A stretch of DNA of 64,000 nucleotides, taken from a virus. The stretch lies in IMG/VR virus record IMGVR_UViG_3300043411_001575, positions 96,001-160,000 of that record, one strand, 5' to 3'. Positions 25,898 to 36,052 of this stretch are shown here, piece by piece (within the stretch, counting starts at the first letter, position 1; the number at the start of each line of letters is the position of its first letter). The position numbers and the translations under genes are program-made. The notes under the pieces are model-generated. The model was not told the DNA's origin and searched no databases. It worked only from the letters and a program-made list of their open reading frames with translations.

Positions 25898-26293
25898 ATG
25901 AAAAATAAACCTATAAAAATATCAATCCCATTTGGCTTATCTGCAAAAGATGAAGTTAATGCAATATCAGAAATGCTTATTCAAAAAAAATTAAGCGGAA
26001 AAGGGGTAAATGAAAATAAAAAGCAGATTGGCGATAGAGTTGATGTTCATTACTTAGAACAAACAATTATTGTAAAACGTGTTCCAAAAGAAAAAATTAT
26101 CGAACACGTTAAATGTTCTGCGTGTAATTGTGATTATCAGAGTGACTTATTTTTTCCTGTATTTGTTAACTATGGTGGCAAAAACAAAAAATTAAAATTT
26201 TGTTCTGTTATCTGCCAAGAAAATGTAATTGATTTATGTGGAGAAGGCAGAGCGTCAAAGAAAAATAATTTAAAACCACTTTTTAAACACTAA
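25898..26293 (+). CDS. hypothetical zinc-finger protein
   Basis: CSAC..FCSVIC. Confidence 0.6.
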   Translation: MKNKPIKISIPFGLSAKDEVNAISEMLIQKKLSGKGVNENKKQIGDRVDVHYLEQTIIVKRVPKEKIIEHVKCSACNCDYQSDLFFPVFVNYGGKNKKLKFCSVICQENVIDLCGEGRASKKNNLKPLFKH

Positions 26294-26430
26294 AAACAAA
26301 ATGAAAACAACAGCAACAGGTTATCGAATTTCTAAAAATGGTAGCATTATACCATCAATAGAAAAAGAAGCAATTAAGAAAACTTCATACGAAGGTAATT
26401 GCATTAAAGAAGAAGGTATTTATTACTTCT

Positions 26431-26832
26431 TTGACAGAAAACAAGGAAATATTTTCATTTATTTACCCTAACAAAAAAATCATGGAACTAAGTAAAGAAC
26501 AAATCATTGATGATTATAAAAGAAGATTAGAAAATATTTCTGAATTAATCAAAAGTCAAACACATAATGGAAGTGTTTACGACATACAAAAAAGAGAAAG
26601 ACTTGTCACTAAGCAATCTGAATATAGAACTTTTATATCAGATTTATCAAAATTAGCTCCTGCTAAAAATAATACTCAATCTAAAATTGACGAGTATACT
26701 GAAATGTTGAATAACATGAAGGAAAATCAATCTAAAGAAATTGACCATCTAAATGATGAGCAAATTCATTCTTACGAAGAATGTATCAGATTAACAGCAG
26801 GTTTCATTAAAACACTAAAAGAATTACTTTAA
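26431..26832 (+). CDS. hypothetical protein
   Basis: ORF; real start may be the internal ATG (MELSKEQ). Confidence 0.6.
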   Translation: MTENKEIFSFIYPNKKIMELSKEQIIDDYKRRLENISELIKSQTHNGSVYDIQKRERLVTKQSEYRTFISDLSKLAPAKNNTQSKIDEYTEMLNNMKENQSKEIDHLNDEQIHSYEECIRLTAGFIKTLKELL

Positions 26833-26893
26833 AAAAATAATCGTTCTTTATAAAAAATCAACCCAATTTAAAAACAAAAAAACAAAAACAGTT

Positions 26894-27589
26894 ATGCAAA
26901 CACAAGCAAACGAAGTTACTTCAAAAAAACAAAACACAGGTAACACAGAAAAAAAAGTAAACAATGGAGAAGGAGTTAAATTAGCATTTGAAAATGCTAT
27001 GAATAAACTACCTGAAAAATTAGATGGTCTTTGGGAAAAAGAAGGCGGAAAAAAATTCCTCAGCCATTTAATGTTCTCCTTCTTGCCAATCAACAGAAAA
27101 GAAGTATTTCAAATCGGAAATTTTGATTTACACAAAAAGTACAATGATGTACCTAAGATTTGTGCGCTTACAGGATTCGCTGTTGCTGATGTTACTTTTT
27201 CAATGGATGAAGTTACAAAAAATCATTTCCAAGAAAAAGGATTGAAAGTTAATAAATTGGTTTTCAACATCCCTTGTGTTGGTAGTACTGAATCAACAAA
27301 AATGGTTTCTACTTTTGCACTAAACATATTTAATGATTGGGTTCTTAAGGCTCTTGGAGAAGGAGAAACTAAAAAGTCCAATGAGATTAATAAAATCATA
27401 ACTGCTGCACGAAGAAAAGCAGACGGAACATTCAAGGTTAAAACAGAAGAAGCTCCTAAGAAGAAAAAAGTAGTATCTGAAAACACTAAGAATTTAGTAG
27501 TAGATAATCAAATTGTTGGTGAGCAAAAACCTCAAACCTATACTATGGGTGACAAATTTGATTTCAGTAAACTAAAATTTAACGATTAA
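26894..27589 (+). CDS. hypothetical protein
   Basis: 231 aa ORF followed by a hairpin. Confidence 0.7.
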   Translation: MQTQANEVTSKKQNTGNTEKKVNNGEGVKLAFENAMNKLPEKLDGLWEKEGGKKFLSHLMFSFLPINRKEVFQIGNFDLHKKYNDVPKICALTGFAVADVTFSMDEVTKNHFQEKGLKVNKLVFNIPCVGSTESTKMVSTFALNIFNDWVLKALGEGETKKSNEINKIITAARRKADGTFKVKTEEAPKKKKVVSENTKNLVVDNQIVGEQKPQTYTMGDKFDFSKLKFND

Positions 27590-27600
27590 AAAAAACAATA

Positions 27601-27630
27601 ATCCCCATTTACAAAAGTAGATGGGGATTT
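27601..27630 (+). terminator. putative intrinsic terminator
   Basis: ATCCCCATTTAC-AAAA-GTAGATGGGGAT then short T run. Confidence 0.55.
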
Positions 27631-27668
27631 AATTAAAAAAAGTTGGTAAATAATTTAATATAAATACC

Positions 27669-28325
27669 ATGAAAGAATTTACATTGTTTTGGTTGAATGG
27701 AAAATCCGAATTGATTTCCGCAACTACAATTGAAGAAGCTGTAACATCAATTACTAAAAAAGGAAGAGTTGTTTATTATCATGAAGGTAATTGCCTAGAT
27801 GATTATGAGTTTGATAGAAATGATAAATTTTGGTCTCCAAAAGCTAATGTAGAATTTAATTTAGAATTTTTTCCATTAGAAATGCAGGAAGGAGCAACCG
27901 ATAAAAAAGGAAATACAATCCGCTCATTCTTCATTGATGATACAGGAAAGAATAAGCTTATTGTTAAGCAAAACAATAAACTAATAACACTTACTCTTAA
28001 ATTAGGAGAAACTAAACCACGCCATATAGGTACTGCTACAAAAAGTACAAGAACTATTGCTATGGTAAGAACAAGGGATAAACATTTGTTTCGTAAAGGG
28101 AATGCTTATGGATTCGGATACTACGTACTAAAAAATCAATCTCTTATTGATTGGGTTAGATTATCCGACGACTTAGGTAATCATTGGAAAATACCTGTTA
28201 GATACATAGTTGAAAAAGGTAAGTTTCTATACTTTAAAAATCAAGGTTTCGAGTTGCAACGTTTTGTTTCACTTGAAGCACTTGAACAATTCAGAATTAC
28301 AGAACGAGAAAATAGAAGATTTTAA
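27669..28325 (+). CDS. hypothetical protein
   Basis: 218 aa ORF. Confidence 0.7.
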   Translation: MKEFTLFWLNGKSELISATTIEEAVTSITKKGRVVYYHEGNCLDDYEFDRNDKFWSPKANVEFNLEFFPLEMQEGATDKKGNTIRSFFIDDTGKNKLIVKQNNKLITLTLKLGETKPRHIGTATKSTRTIAMVRTRDKHLFRKGNAYGFGYYVLKNQSLIDWVRLSDDLGNHWKIPVRYIVEKGKFLYFKNQGFELQRFVSLEALEQFRITERENRRF

Positions 28326-28337
28326 AATCATAATAAA

Positions 28338-28544
28338 ATGGAAAAGACAAACTACGAAGTACTTTGGAGAAACGGAATTGAAAATGATATTTTCGAAACT
28401 GATGAACCTGTAGATAACGAAACTGTTTTCAAAACGTTTGCTCAAGCTAAGAAAAAATTACTCGCTCTACTAAAAAATGAAATCACTGAAGTGAAATTCA
28501 GGATTGAAGAGGTAAAGAAAAAAACTAAGGAAAATAACTTTTAA
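28338..28544 (+). CDS. hypothetical protein
   Basis: ORF in cluster. Confidence 0.6.
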   Translation: MEKTNYEVLWRNGIENDIFETDEPVDNETVFKTFAQAKKKLLALLKNEITEVKFRIEEVKKKTKENNF

Positions 28545-28556
28545 AAAACGGAAATA

Positions 28557-28784
28557 ATGGAAGTAGAATTCACAAAAGAAGAAAACAAAATCATGGCTCT
28601 CATGTGTAAAGAGCTTTCTGATAGAGAAATTGGAATTAAGTTAAAATTAAAAACAAAGCTAGTAAACAAAAGAACTGCTGCTTTGATTATTAAGACTAAT
28701 TCAAAAACACGAGTAGGAGTAGCGTTATATTACTTCAAATCAAAACTTAAAAAAGAAAATCCAAAACCAATTATTAATTTATGA
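28557..28784 (+). CDS. LuxR-type HTH protein
   Basis: FTKEENKIMALMCKELSDREIGIKL..TNSKTRVGVALY pattern. Confidence 0.6.
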   Translation: MEVEFTKEENKIMALMCKELSDREIGIKLKLKTKLVNKRTAALIIKTNSKTRVGVALYYFKSKLKKENPKPIINL

Positions 28785-29572
28785 TAATCAAAAATAAAAA
28801 TCAGGCAGGATTAAACTTCACTGAGTTTCAAAAACAAAGGTTAATAAAAGAAAGATTTGGTTCTATTGATTCTTTAAATATTGATGAGAATTTAAAAAGA
28901 ACCTCTAAGGATAGACTAATGAAAACAATAGAAGCAGATGGAAGTAAATTCTACCTGCTAACTAAAACTGTTTTAGATTTAGCCTCAAGAGTTAAGATTG
29001 ATTTGAATAATTTTGATTATAAATTTTTGGACACAATCACTGAGAACAAAATAACTTTCCTTTTGGGAGATAGATTCTATCGTTGGACAAAAACGGAAGG
29101 TAAAATAAATGTTCTTTGTGTTGAGCAACAAGAAATACCTGATTACATGAAGGGTGCATATCCAATAGGTACGACTCATGATATTTCTTACGTGTTTTTT
29201 TCTTTTGATACACATTATGGAGCATTATCTTTTCCTAATAATGCAGTAAAACCATTCAGTGAAGAAACAGCACTTGAATTCCTTCAGCTTTTAGTTTTCA
29301 CTGAACTTTCTCCGATTGAAACAAAGTCTATTTTTCCTAATCAAAGTACAGGAACTAGAAGAGCAGGAAAATACACAAATGATAGCAACTCAAAAGTTAT
29401 TATTGTTGATTCCACTTGGAATTTAAACATTGTGATAACAGGAGCATTTATTGTAAGTGGTTTTTTCCGCATGCAGCCATTTGGTGAAAATAATTCAAAA
29501 AGAAAATTAATTTGGATTTCTTCATTTAAAAAGAATGGATACACAAGAGGAGCAAAGAAAATTAATCATTAA
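28781..29572 (+). CDS. hypothetical phage protein
   Basis: C-terminal VSGFFRMQPFG..KLIWI motif. Confidence 0.7.
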   Translation: MIIKNKNQAGLNFTEFQKQRLIKERFGSIDSLNIDENLKRTSKDRLMKTIEADGSKFYLLTKTVLDLASRVKIDLNNFDYKFLDTITENKITFLLGDRFYRWTKTEGKINVLCVEQQEIPDYMKGAYPIGTTHDISYVFFSFDTHYGALSFPNNAVKPFSEETALEFLQLLVFTELSPIETKSIFPNQSTGTRRAGKYTNDSNSKVIIVDSTWNLNIVITGAFIVSGFFRMQPFGENNSKRKLIWISSFKKNGYTRGAKKINH

Positions 29573-29756
29573 AAAAAATGTTCATGGATGTTTTTTTTTA
29601 TTAAAAAAAAATTGTATATTTGCAATGCGCAATTAATTTTAGTCCATGAAAACCACAAAAAAATAAATATTTAAAATAAACCTTCAAGCAAGTAGGAATC
29701 TTCTCTATCATGGAGTTTTGATTGCGCAAACCTACTTGTAAGAAGGCTCTTTTGCA

Positions 29757-30926
29757 ATGTTAACCTATAAAAGAAAACTAAAAATAACTAAGGCTCAGGA
29801 GGAAAGAATTTCTTCATGGATTGGTGCGTGTCGTTTGGTTTACAATATGGGCTTAGAAATTAAAAAAGAAACGTGGAAAAATAAACAGCAAAATGTTTCT
29901 GCTTATGATTTATCGAAACAACTTCCCTCAATAAAAGACGTAGAATGGGTAGCTGATGTTCCTGCTCAATGCCTTCAGAATTCATTGGAACGACTTGATA
30001 GGTCATATAAAAACTTCTTCCGTAATTTTAAATCAGGAGGCGGATTTCCAAAATTTAAATCAAAAAGAGATTATAAGTCTATGTTGTTTAAACAAGGTGA
30101 TTTAAATGCAAAGACACCTTTAATAACTCTTAGTAAAAACAAAATAAAACTTCCTAAGCTTGGTGAGGTATCATTTTTCAAAGATAAATCACCGATTATA
30201 GGTAAAATAAAAACAGTAACAATAAAGATAGAACCAACAGGATTTTTCTTGTACATTGTCTGTGACGGAGTTAGTAAAAGCATCTCAAACCCTGACGAAA
30301 GCCAAGTCATAGGGATTGACATGGGAGTAGCTAACTTCTGTTCAGACAGCAACGGAAACTTCATCGAAAACCCAAGACACTTCAATAAATATGAAGATAG
30401 GCTTCGTATTGAAAATAGGAGTTTAGCTAGAAAAAAAAGAGGAAGTAACCGTTGGAAAAAACAAGCGAAAAAGCTATCACTTTTGCATCACAAAATATCT
30501 AATATTAGGAAGGATTTTTTGCATAAAGAATCCACCAAAATGGCTAAAAATTTCCATACTATTTATTTGGAAGATTTGAATATTTCGAATATGTCGAAAC
30601 GTCCAAAACCAAAGCAGGATGAGAATGGTAAGTTTATTCTAAATGGTTCTTCTGCAAAATCAGGATTAAACAAATCAATCCTAGATGCAGGTTGGGGAAT
30701 GTTTAGGGATATGCTCGAATACAAAACAAATGTAGTTCGAGTAGACCCAAAATACACCTCTCAAAAGTGCAACGAATGTGGCGAAAAAGATTCAAAGAAT
30801 AGGTTATCACAAAGCGAATTTGTTTGTTTAAGCTGCGGTCACATCAGTCATGCTGATACAAATGCAGCGAAAAATATTTTGAGCAAGGGCATTGCTCTCA
30901 ATCGTGAACGTAAGGCACTAGTCTAA
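29757..30926 (+). CDS. tnpB: TnpB (IS200/IS605 family RNA-guided endonuclease)
   Basis: CRLVYN, GFPKFK, RuvC residues in GIDMG, EDL and HADTNAAKNI; zinc finger CNEC/CLSC. Confidence 0.93.
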   Translation: MLTYKRKLKITKAQEERISSWIGACRLVYNMGLEIKKETWKNKQQNVSAYDLSKQLPSIKDVEWVADVPAQCLQNSLERLDRSYKNFFRNFKSGGGFPKFKSKRDYKSMLFKQGDLNAKTPLITLSKNKIKLPKLGEVSFFKDKSPIIGKIKTVTIKIEPTGFFLYIVCDGVSKSISNPDESQVIGIDMGVANFCSDSNGNFIENPRHFNKYEDRLRIENRSLARKKRGSNRWKKQAKKLSLLHHKISNIRKDFLHKESTKMAKNFHTIYLEDLNISNMSKRPKPKQDENGKFILNGSSAKSGLNKSILDAGWGMFRDMLEYKTNVVRVDPKYTSQKCNECGEKDSKNRLSQSEFVCLSCGHISHADTNAAKNILSKGIALNRERKALV

Positions 30927-30972
30927 GCGTTGGTTGAATAACCTCGTTTCCTTTAGGTTCGAGGTAGTTCAC
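30880..30972 (+). ncRNA. putative 3' part of TnpB omegaRNA / IS right end
   Basis: Hairpin ACCTCG..CGAGGT followed by TCAC at 30969-30972; 5' boundary unknown. Confidence 0.5.
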
Positions 30973-31149
30973 AGCCTGTATCCAAGTTGAAATAGGCTCT
31001 GATTTAGTTGTAATGACCAAAGAAGAGCTTGAAAAAAACAGGATGGATTTTCATCTTTCTATGGAAGGAACAGGTGATTGGAATTCTTGGCAATAGCCAA
31101 GCCAATCGCATGAAAAGTTTTAAACAAAATTCTATAATAATAAAATTAG

Positions 31150-31911
31150 TTGTATTTTTACAACTCATGGTCAAATACTAAAAAAATGGAAAAAGAAAAC
31201 GTAATTATCCCTCAGTTGGATATGCAAAAGCTTCAGGACGAGGCTAACAAATTCGCAATGCAAGGTGCTGTTAAAAGCATAGAAGAGTTCTATAGCGGAT
31301 ATAATTCACCCTACAGAAAAGCATTGGAAGAAAAATTAATCAAAACAGAAATCGGAGCTAATTTTGATTTGCCAAATATTATCGCTGCAATAAATGATTC
31401 TCTTTCAAAAGAAATTGATGCAATTGCAAACACAGCCATCTCGAAAACTTTTATTCCATTAGTACATAAGTTTCTAACTCGTGAGAAAAAAGAAATTAAT
31501 TTTTCTGATGTTCTTAAGGAGTTTATTGAAGCTACTGACTCTAAAGATATGGATGATTGTTCAGTTGAAATCGTAAAAAATGATAGACACGATTGGCTAG
31601 ATTTAACTCTATATGGATGTAAAGAAAAACAGTACCGATTAACATTACACTCTGACTATCGTAGCCGACAAGAGCAAGTTAAAAAATATCAATTTCTTTC
31701 CCTTCCAAATAACTACAATGACTACAAACAAACTATGAAGTTATCAATAGAAGGTGGAACTTTAGAACTTCCTTTCACAAGAGATATTTTGCACGATGAT
31801 TTTGTTTCTTATATAGCTAGATTAATCATGGCAGGCTCATTGATTACTATGGATTGCACTGATTTTAATGAGGATATGTTCCCTAGAGAAGATGAGTGTC
31901 ATTGTAATTAA
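31150..31911 (+). CDS. hypothetical protein
   Basis: long ORF; real start probably MEKENV. Confidence 0.7.
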   Translation: MYFYNSWSNTKKMEKENVIIPQLDMQKLQDEANKFAMQGAVKSIEEFYSGYNSPYRKALEEKLIKTEIGANFDLPNIIAAINDSLSKEIDAIANTAISKTFIPLVHKFLTREKKEINFSDVLKEFIEATDSKDMDDCSVEIVKNDRHDWLDLTLYGCKEKQYRLTLHSDYRSRQEQVKKYQFLSLPNNYNDYKQTMKLSIEGGTLELPFTRDILHDDFVSYIARLIMAGSLITMDCTDFNEDMFPREDECHCN

Positions 31912-31922
31912 AGAAAACAAAC

Positions 31923-32243
31923 ATGTATTCACAAAAAACAGTTAAAACATTAAAGCCTGAATGGTACTTGAAACTTTCACAAAAAGAAAAAATGGAAAGC
32001 CAAAAGTTATTAATAGAAACAAGAAATGTAATGTGGAATAATAAACCTCCTATTATTAAAAGTGGAACTTTCTTGACATCTAAAAAAGGTGGAAACTCAG
32101 TAACTAAAGGAAAAAAATATGCTATTCAAAACCATTTTTGTACATTAGTTACAACCATATATGATTCAAATTGGAATCAGTTCGTAACTATTAAAAATGA
32201 TGTTGGATTTACTGTAAAAATGAACTTAAATAATTTCGAATAA
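31923..32243 (+). CDS. hypothetical protein
   Basis: ORF in cluster. Confidence 0.65.
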   Translation: MYSQKTVKTLKPEWYLKLSQKEKMESQKLLIETRNVMWNNKPPIIKSGTFLTSKKGGNSVTKGKKYAIQNHFCTLVTTIYDSNWNQFVTIKNDVGFTVKMNLNNFE

Positions 32244-32244
32244 A

Positions 32245-32505
32245 ATGAGCATGAAAAGTAAATTCGGAGCGTTAGGCATGTTAGCGGCTATGGTAGCTAT
32301 GGGTAGTGATACACCCTACGATTACAGCGAACCAATTAAACATAAAGAAACAGAAGAAGAGCGCAAAAAGAGATTATCCGAAGCGGAAATTAAAACAAAA
32401 AAAGCTAATGGATTGAAGGAATTTTTTTATGGCGAAAATAGCTTGTTTGCACTGAATCAAAAGTCTGCTGATAAAAAAGCAAGAAAGCTAAATTGGATAA
32501 AATAA
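32245..32505 (+). CDS. hypothetical protein
   Basis: ORF in cluster. Confidence 0.65.
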   Translation: MSMKSKFGALGMLAAMVAMGSDTPYDYSEPIKHKETEEERKKRLSEAEIKTKKANGLKEFFYGENSLFALNQKSADKKARKLNWIK

Positions 32506-32508
32506 AAA

Positions 32509-32536
32509 GGGTGTGACCGAAACCACACCCAATTTT
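32509..32536 (+). terminator. putative intrinsic terminator
   Basis: GGGTGTG..CACACCC then AATTTT just after a stop. Confidence 0.5.
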
Positions 32537-32703
32537 AAATACATCTTAAAACAGCAAAAAGACGCATTCGTAACAGCGAGATAAAGGTAATTAGTTGTAT
32601 TGGTTTTTCATTGAAAAATAAATAGATAATAATCCTAGATTGCAACACTTTTTTTTGTTAACTTAGTGCCTTCGTAAAATCGGTCAAATTTTAAATTAAA
32701 ATT

Positions 32704-33645
32704 ATGGAACAGAAAGTTATTATTACACAGTCAATGATGAAAGAATACCAAGAGTATCATCTTGGAAATGCTTGTGGATTAGTATTTGTAGAAAAATACA
32801 TTAACAAAAGATATGATTTATTTCCACCATCTGATTCAATGCAGGTGGGAAATTGGTTTGAATATCAGTGCTTGGGAGCAACAACAAAAAGTGATTTAAT
32901 TCCTCAACCTGAGAAAACAAAATCAGGTGAGTTAACAGCTCCTTACAAGCGTATGCAATCCCATATAAACAATTTCAAACTTTTCATGACTCAGTATGGA
33001 ATTGAAATCGTAAGTGTTCAAGAAAAACTAAAGGTAGGTGAAACCATAATTGAAATAGAAGATAAAAATACAGGGGAAATAGTTCCATTTAACATTGATG
33101 GTCTTGAAGGCACTACAGATGCTATTTGCAGAGCAACAAAAGATATTTATGGGTTTTATGACACCAAAGATGAAGGTAACAAAAGAGTAATTAAAACTGA
33201 TGAATCTGTTATTATAAAAGCAGGAGAAAAGTTCATCATGGACGTAAAAACGAGTGGGCTACTTTCGGATAAATTTTCGGACTTTGGATGGCATTTAGAC
33301 TATCTTTCAGGTAAAGAGAAAATAATCAGGCAACCAATCCATTACAAGTATGTGAGTGAATTAATTTATGGAAAGCAATATCCTTTTTTATTCTTACTAT
33401 TCAGCCAAACAAACGAGTACGACTTCCGTTCTATTCTATTTAATATTGATGAAGACCAACATATTAAAGAACACAAAGAAAGAATTGTATGGACTAATAA
33501 ATGGATTAAATACCATCTTAAAAAAGGATTCAAAGCTAATCCTGATGTTGTAAGATGTCATGATTGCCCATTAAAAGTAGGATGTAAACATTTTGCAGCA
33601 GTCCCGAAGATTCAGATATTTTATTATCAGCCACAGACCACCTAA
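32704..33645 (+). CDS. PD-(D/E)XK exonuclease (RecB/Cas4-like)
   Basis: EGTTDAI, IMDVKTS, C-terminal CxxC-x4-C plus an N-terminal Cys. Confidence 0.7.
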   Translation: MEQKVIITQSMMKEYQEYHLGNACGLVFVEKYINKRYDLFPPSDSMQVGNWFEYQCLGATTKSDLIPQPEKTKSGELTAPYKRMQSHINNFKLFMTQYGIEIVSVQEKLKVGETIIEIEDKNTGEIVPFNIDGLEGTTDAICRATKDIYGFYDTKDEGNKRVIKTDESVIIKAGEKFIMDVKTSGLLSDKFSDFGWHLDYLSGKEKIIRQPIHYKYVSELIYGKQYPFLFLLFSQTNEYDFRSILFNIDEDQHIKEHKERIVWTNKWIKYHLKKGFKANPDVVRCHDCPLKVGCKHFAAVPKIQIFYYQPQTT

Positions 33646-33665
33646 TTTAACGTGTTAATAACTTT

Positions 33666-33699
33666 TTTGCGTGTAATATCAAAAATGTTATTATATTTG
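33666..33699 (+). promoter_or_regulatory. Bacteroidota-type promoter
   Basis: TTTG..TATATTTG. Confidence 0.5.
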
Positions 33700-33740
33700 C
33701 AATGGTCAAATACTAAAATTCAATTTTAAAATTCAAATAG

Positions 33741-34076
33741 ATGAAAAAATTTAACGAGAAAATACAAGCGCAATTTTCAAAAATGTGCGCAACAGGAAAA
33801 TTATTTAGAGTTGACTTAAGTGGTCAACAAGTATGGGATTTGTACTTAAAATCATTTGATAATGACCCAACATTCCGTGACCCTAATAGCTCTACGCATG
33901 CATGTAACACCTGTAATAACTTCATCAGAAGATACGGGAATATCGTATCTATTGATGAGAATTACAAAACAATGACAATATTTGATGTAGATGCAGAAGA
34001 TGAATTCATCCCTGTAGCAAAAGCATTGTCAGAAGCACTTAAAAAATCTACTCACCATAAGGGTTTAAATAATTAA
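33741..34076 (+). CDS. hypothetical phage protein, possibly truncated
   Basis: HACNTCNNFIRRYG motif. Confidence 0.6.
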   Translation: MKKFNEKIQAQFSKMCATGKLFRVDLSGQQVWDLYLKSFDNDPTFRDPNSSTHACNTCNNFIRRYGNIVSIDENYKTMTIFDVDAEDEFIPVAKALSEALKKSTHHKGLNN

Positions 34077-34086
34077 AATTAAAAAA

Positions 34087-35550
34087 ATGGCAAAGAATAA
34101 CAGCAAACAAGAAGCAGACCTTTTTGAAAACACAGCATTTGGTACTTTCGAAACAGAAGGAGAAAACAAACCGCAGGATAATGAAATATTGAAAGCGGAA
34201 GATATTTTCGGTTCAGAAGAACAACCAAATGCATTCATGTCAAATGACACAAGCATATTTGATTCAGAGCCTCCTGAAATTGAAGAAACAGAAGAATTCG
34301 TTGGAAACGAAGATGAAAAAAAGGAAAATATTACTGAAGAAGTAAAAATAGAGTCTTCAAATAAATCTACCGCTGCTCCTATCATTCAGTCATCTGAACA
34401 AGTTACATCTGCACTAAAAAAAGATTCTATTCAAATTTTCGAGCTACAGAGTAAACCTCTAATTGAAAAAGCTGCGAAAATAATTTCCATAAGTACTGAC
34501 GAAGACAATACATCCGCACGTACAATAGGAAAAGAACTTGCTGACCTTAAAACAAAAGTTAATGCAGAAAAATTAGCTAGAAACAAACCTCTTAAAATAG
34601 AGATGGATTCTAATATTGAGAAAGCAAAAAAAATAATAGAACCTATTGAATCACAAATTGACAGAGTTAAAATATTAATCACAAATTACGAGCTTGAAAA
34701 AGAACGTAAAAGAAAAGATGAAATCGCTAAGATAGAAGCAGAGAAGAAAGAGCGAGAAGAAAAAGAAAGATTAAACAATGAGCGTATTGCAAAGATACGT
34801 TTAGAGATTCAAAAATTAAGAGAATTATCTTCTAAAAGCATTGGAGATACAAAAACACTTGCTGACTTATTGAAGATTGAAACTAATATGGCTACTTGGA
34901 AGCCAAAACAAGAGTATTTCATGGAGTTTTTTGATGAAGTTGATATTACACTAAGAAACGAAATAAAATCTCTTATTGAAGCTAAAAAACCTATTCTTAT
35001 CGAATTAGATGAGCAAAGAGATAAAGCTGCCAAATTAGAAGAAAAAAACAAAGATGCTGCCGATAGAGAGAGAAAATTAATTGAAGAAAAACTAGAGGCG
35101 GAAAAAAAGAAAAAAGAACAGGAAGACGCTATAAAAAAGGCTCAGGAAGAAACTGAGGAAATGAATGCTAAAAATGAAATTACAGTTCTTGTAGCATCAT
35201 TAGGCATTAAGGATTTTGAGCCTTACATCGAAAATATTTTAAAGAAGTATGGAAACTACCGAACTGCATCTGAATCTCGTGAAAAAATAATTGAATCATT
35301 CCAAGAGGAGCAAGAAGAGAAAAGAAAAAAAGCTATTCTTGATGCTCAAAAAATGAAGAATCAACGTGTAGATTATGACTTTGAAATAATTGATGCATCT
35401 AAAGTCCCACTTCAATATTGGAGCGTAGATGAATCAAAAATTAAAAAAGCAATCCAAGAAGCTAGGGTTTTACTTGAAAAAGATGTAAATTCGTTCAAAA
35501 TTGATGGTATTGAAATTACTTCAACAACAAAAACAGTTTTAAAAAAGTAA
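34087..35550 (+). CDS. coiled-coil protein in recombination module
   Basis: long charged coiled coil; C-terminal FEIIDASKVP..VDESKIKKAI..IDGIEI. Confidence 0.7.
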   Translation: MAKNNSKQEADLFENTAFGTFETEGENKPQDNEILKAEDIFGSEEQPNAFMSNDTSIFDSEPPEIEETEEFVGNEDEKKENITEEVKIESSNKSTAAPIIQSSEQVTSALKKDSIQIFELQSKPLIEKAAKIISISTDEDNTSARTIGKELADLKTKVNAEKLARNKPLKIEMDSNIEKAKKIIEPIESQIDRVKILITNYELEKERKRKDEIAKIEAEKKEREEKERLNNERIAKIRLEIQKLRELSSKSIGDTKTLADLLKIETNMATWKPKQEYFMEFFDEVDITLRNEIKSLIEAKKPILIELDEQRDKAAKLEEKNKDAADRERKLIEEKLEAEKKKKEQEDAIKKAQEETEEMNAKNEITVLVASLGIKDFEPYIENILKKYGNYRTASESREKIIESFQEEQEEKRKKAILDAQKMKNQRVDYDFEIIDASKVPLQYWSVDESKIKKAIQEARVLLEKDVNSFKIDGIEITSTTKTVLKK

Positions 35551-35808
35551 ATGCTACCTGTACTTCTTAAAGATAAGATAAGAGAAAAGTTAGTTAAAGA
35601 TGCTGTTAAAGATTTACAAAGATGGATGTTTCCTAAAGTAAATAATATAAACATCTTTACTGATATAACATATGCTTATTTTTTCGAAAGAATTTTAGAG
35701 AAACAAATAGGAAAAAACGACCAAATTGATTTGGTAATAACAGGAATAAGGTATGAGCTATTTGATTTACATAACTCAAACAAACAAGTAAAAATTAAAA
35801 GAAGATGA
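35551..35808 (+). CDS. hypothetical protein
   Basis: abuts upstream stop. Confidence 0.6.
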   Translation: MLPVLLKDKIREKLVKDAVKDLQRWMFPKVNNINIFTDITYAYFFERILEKQIGKNDQIDLVITGIRYELFDLHNSNKQVKIKRR

Positions 35809-36047
35809 AGGCAGAGGAATTTAATAATAAGTGGAAGGACTACATCGAAGAAGGATTCGGAGGTTCTGAAACTGATAACGAAGATGTAAACAGTTATTTA
35901 GATTCTCAATTCACAAAAGAAATTGCAGTTAATCCTGATTTCAAATTTAATCAGATTAAATGGAAGTTTGGCTCAATTAGAATCTATGCAAATAGCGACA
36001 AAACTTCTGATTGGGAAAATAATATTAATGCTAATTTAAAGATTTAA
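35805..36047 (+). CDS. hypothetical protein
   Basis: QIKWKFGSIRIY motif; ATGA overlap. Confidence 0.65.
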   Translation: MKAEEFNNKWKDYIEEGFGGSETDNEDVNSYLDSQFTKEIAVNPDFKFNQIKWKFGSIRIYANSDKTSDWENNINANLKI

Positions 36048-36052
36048 ATAAA

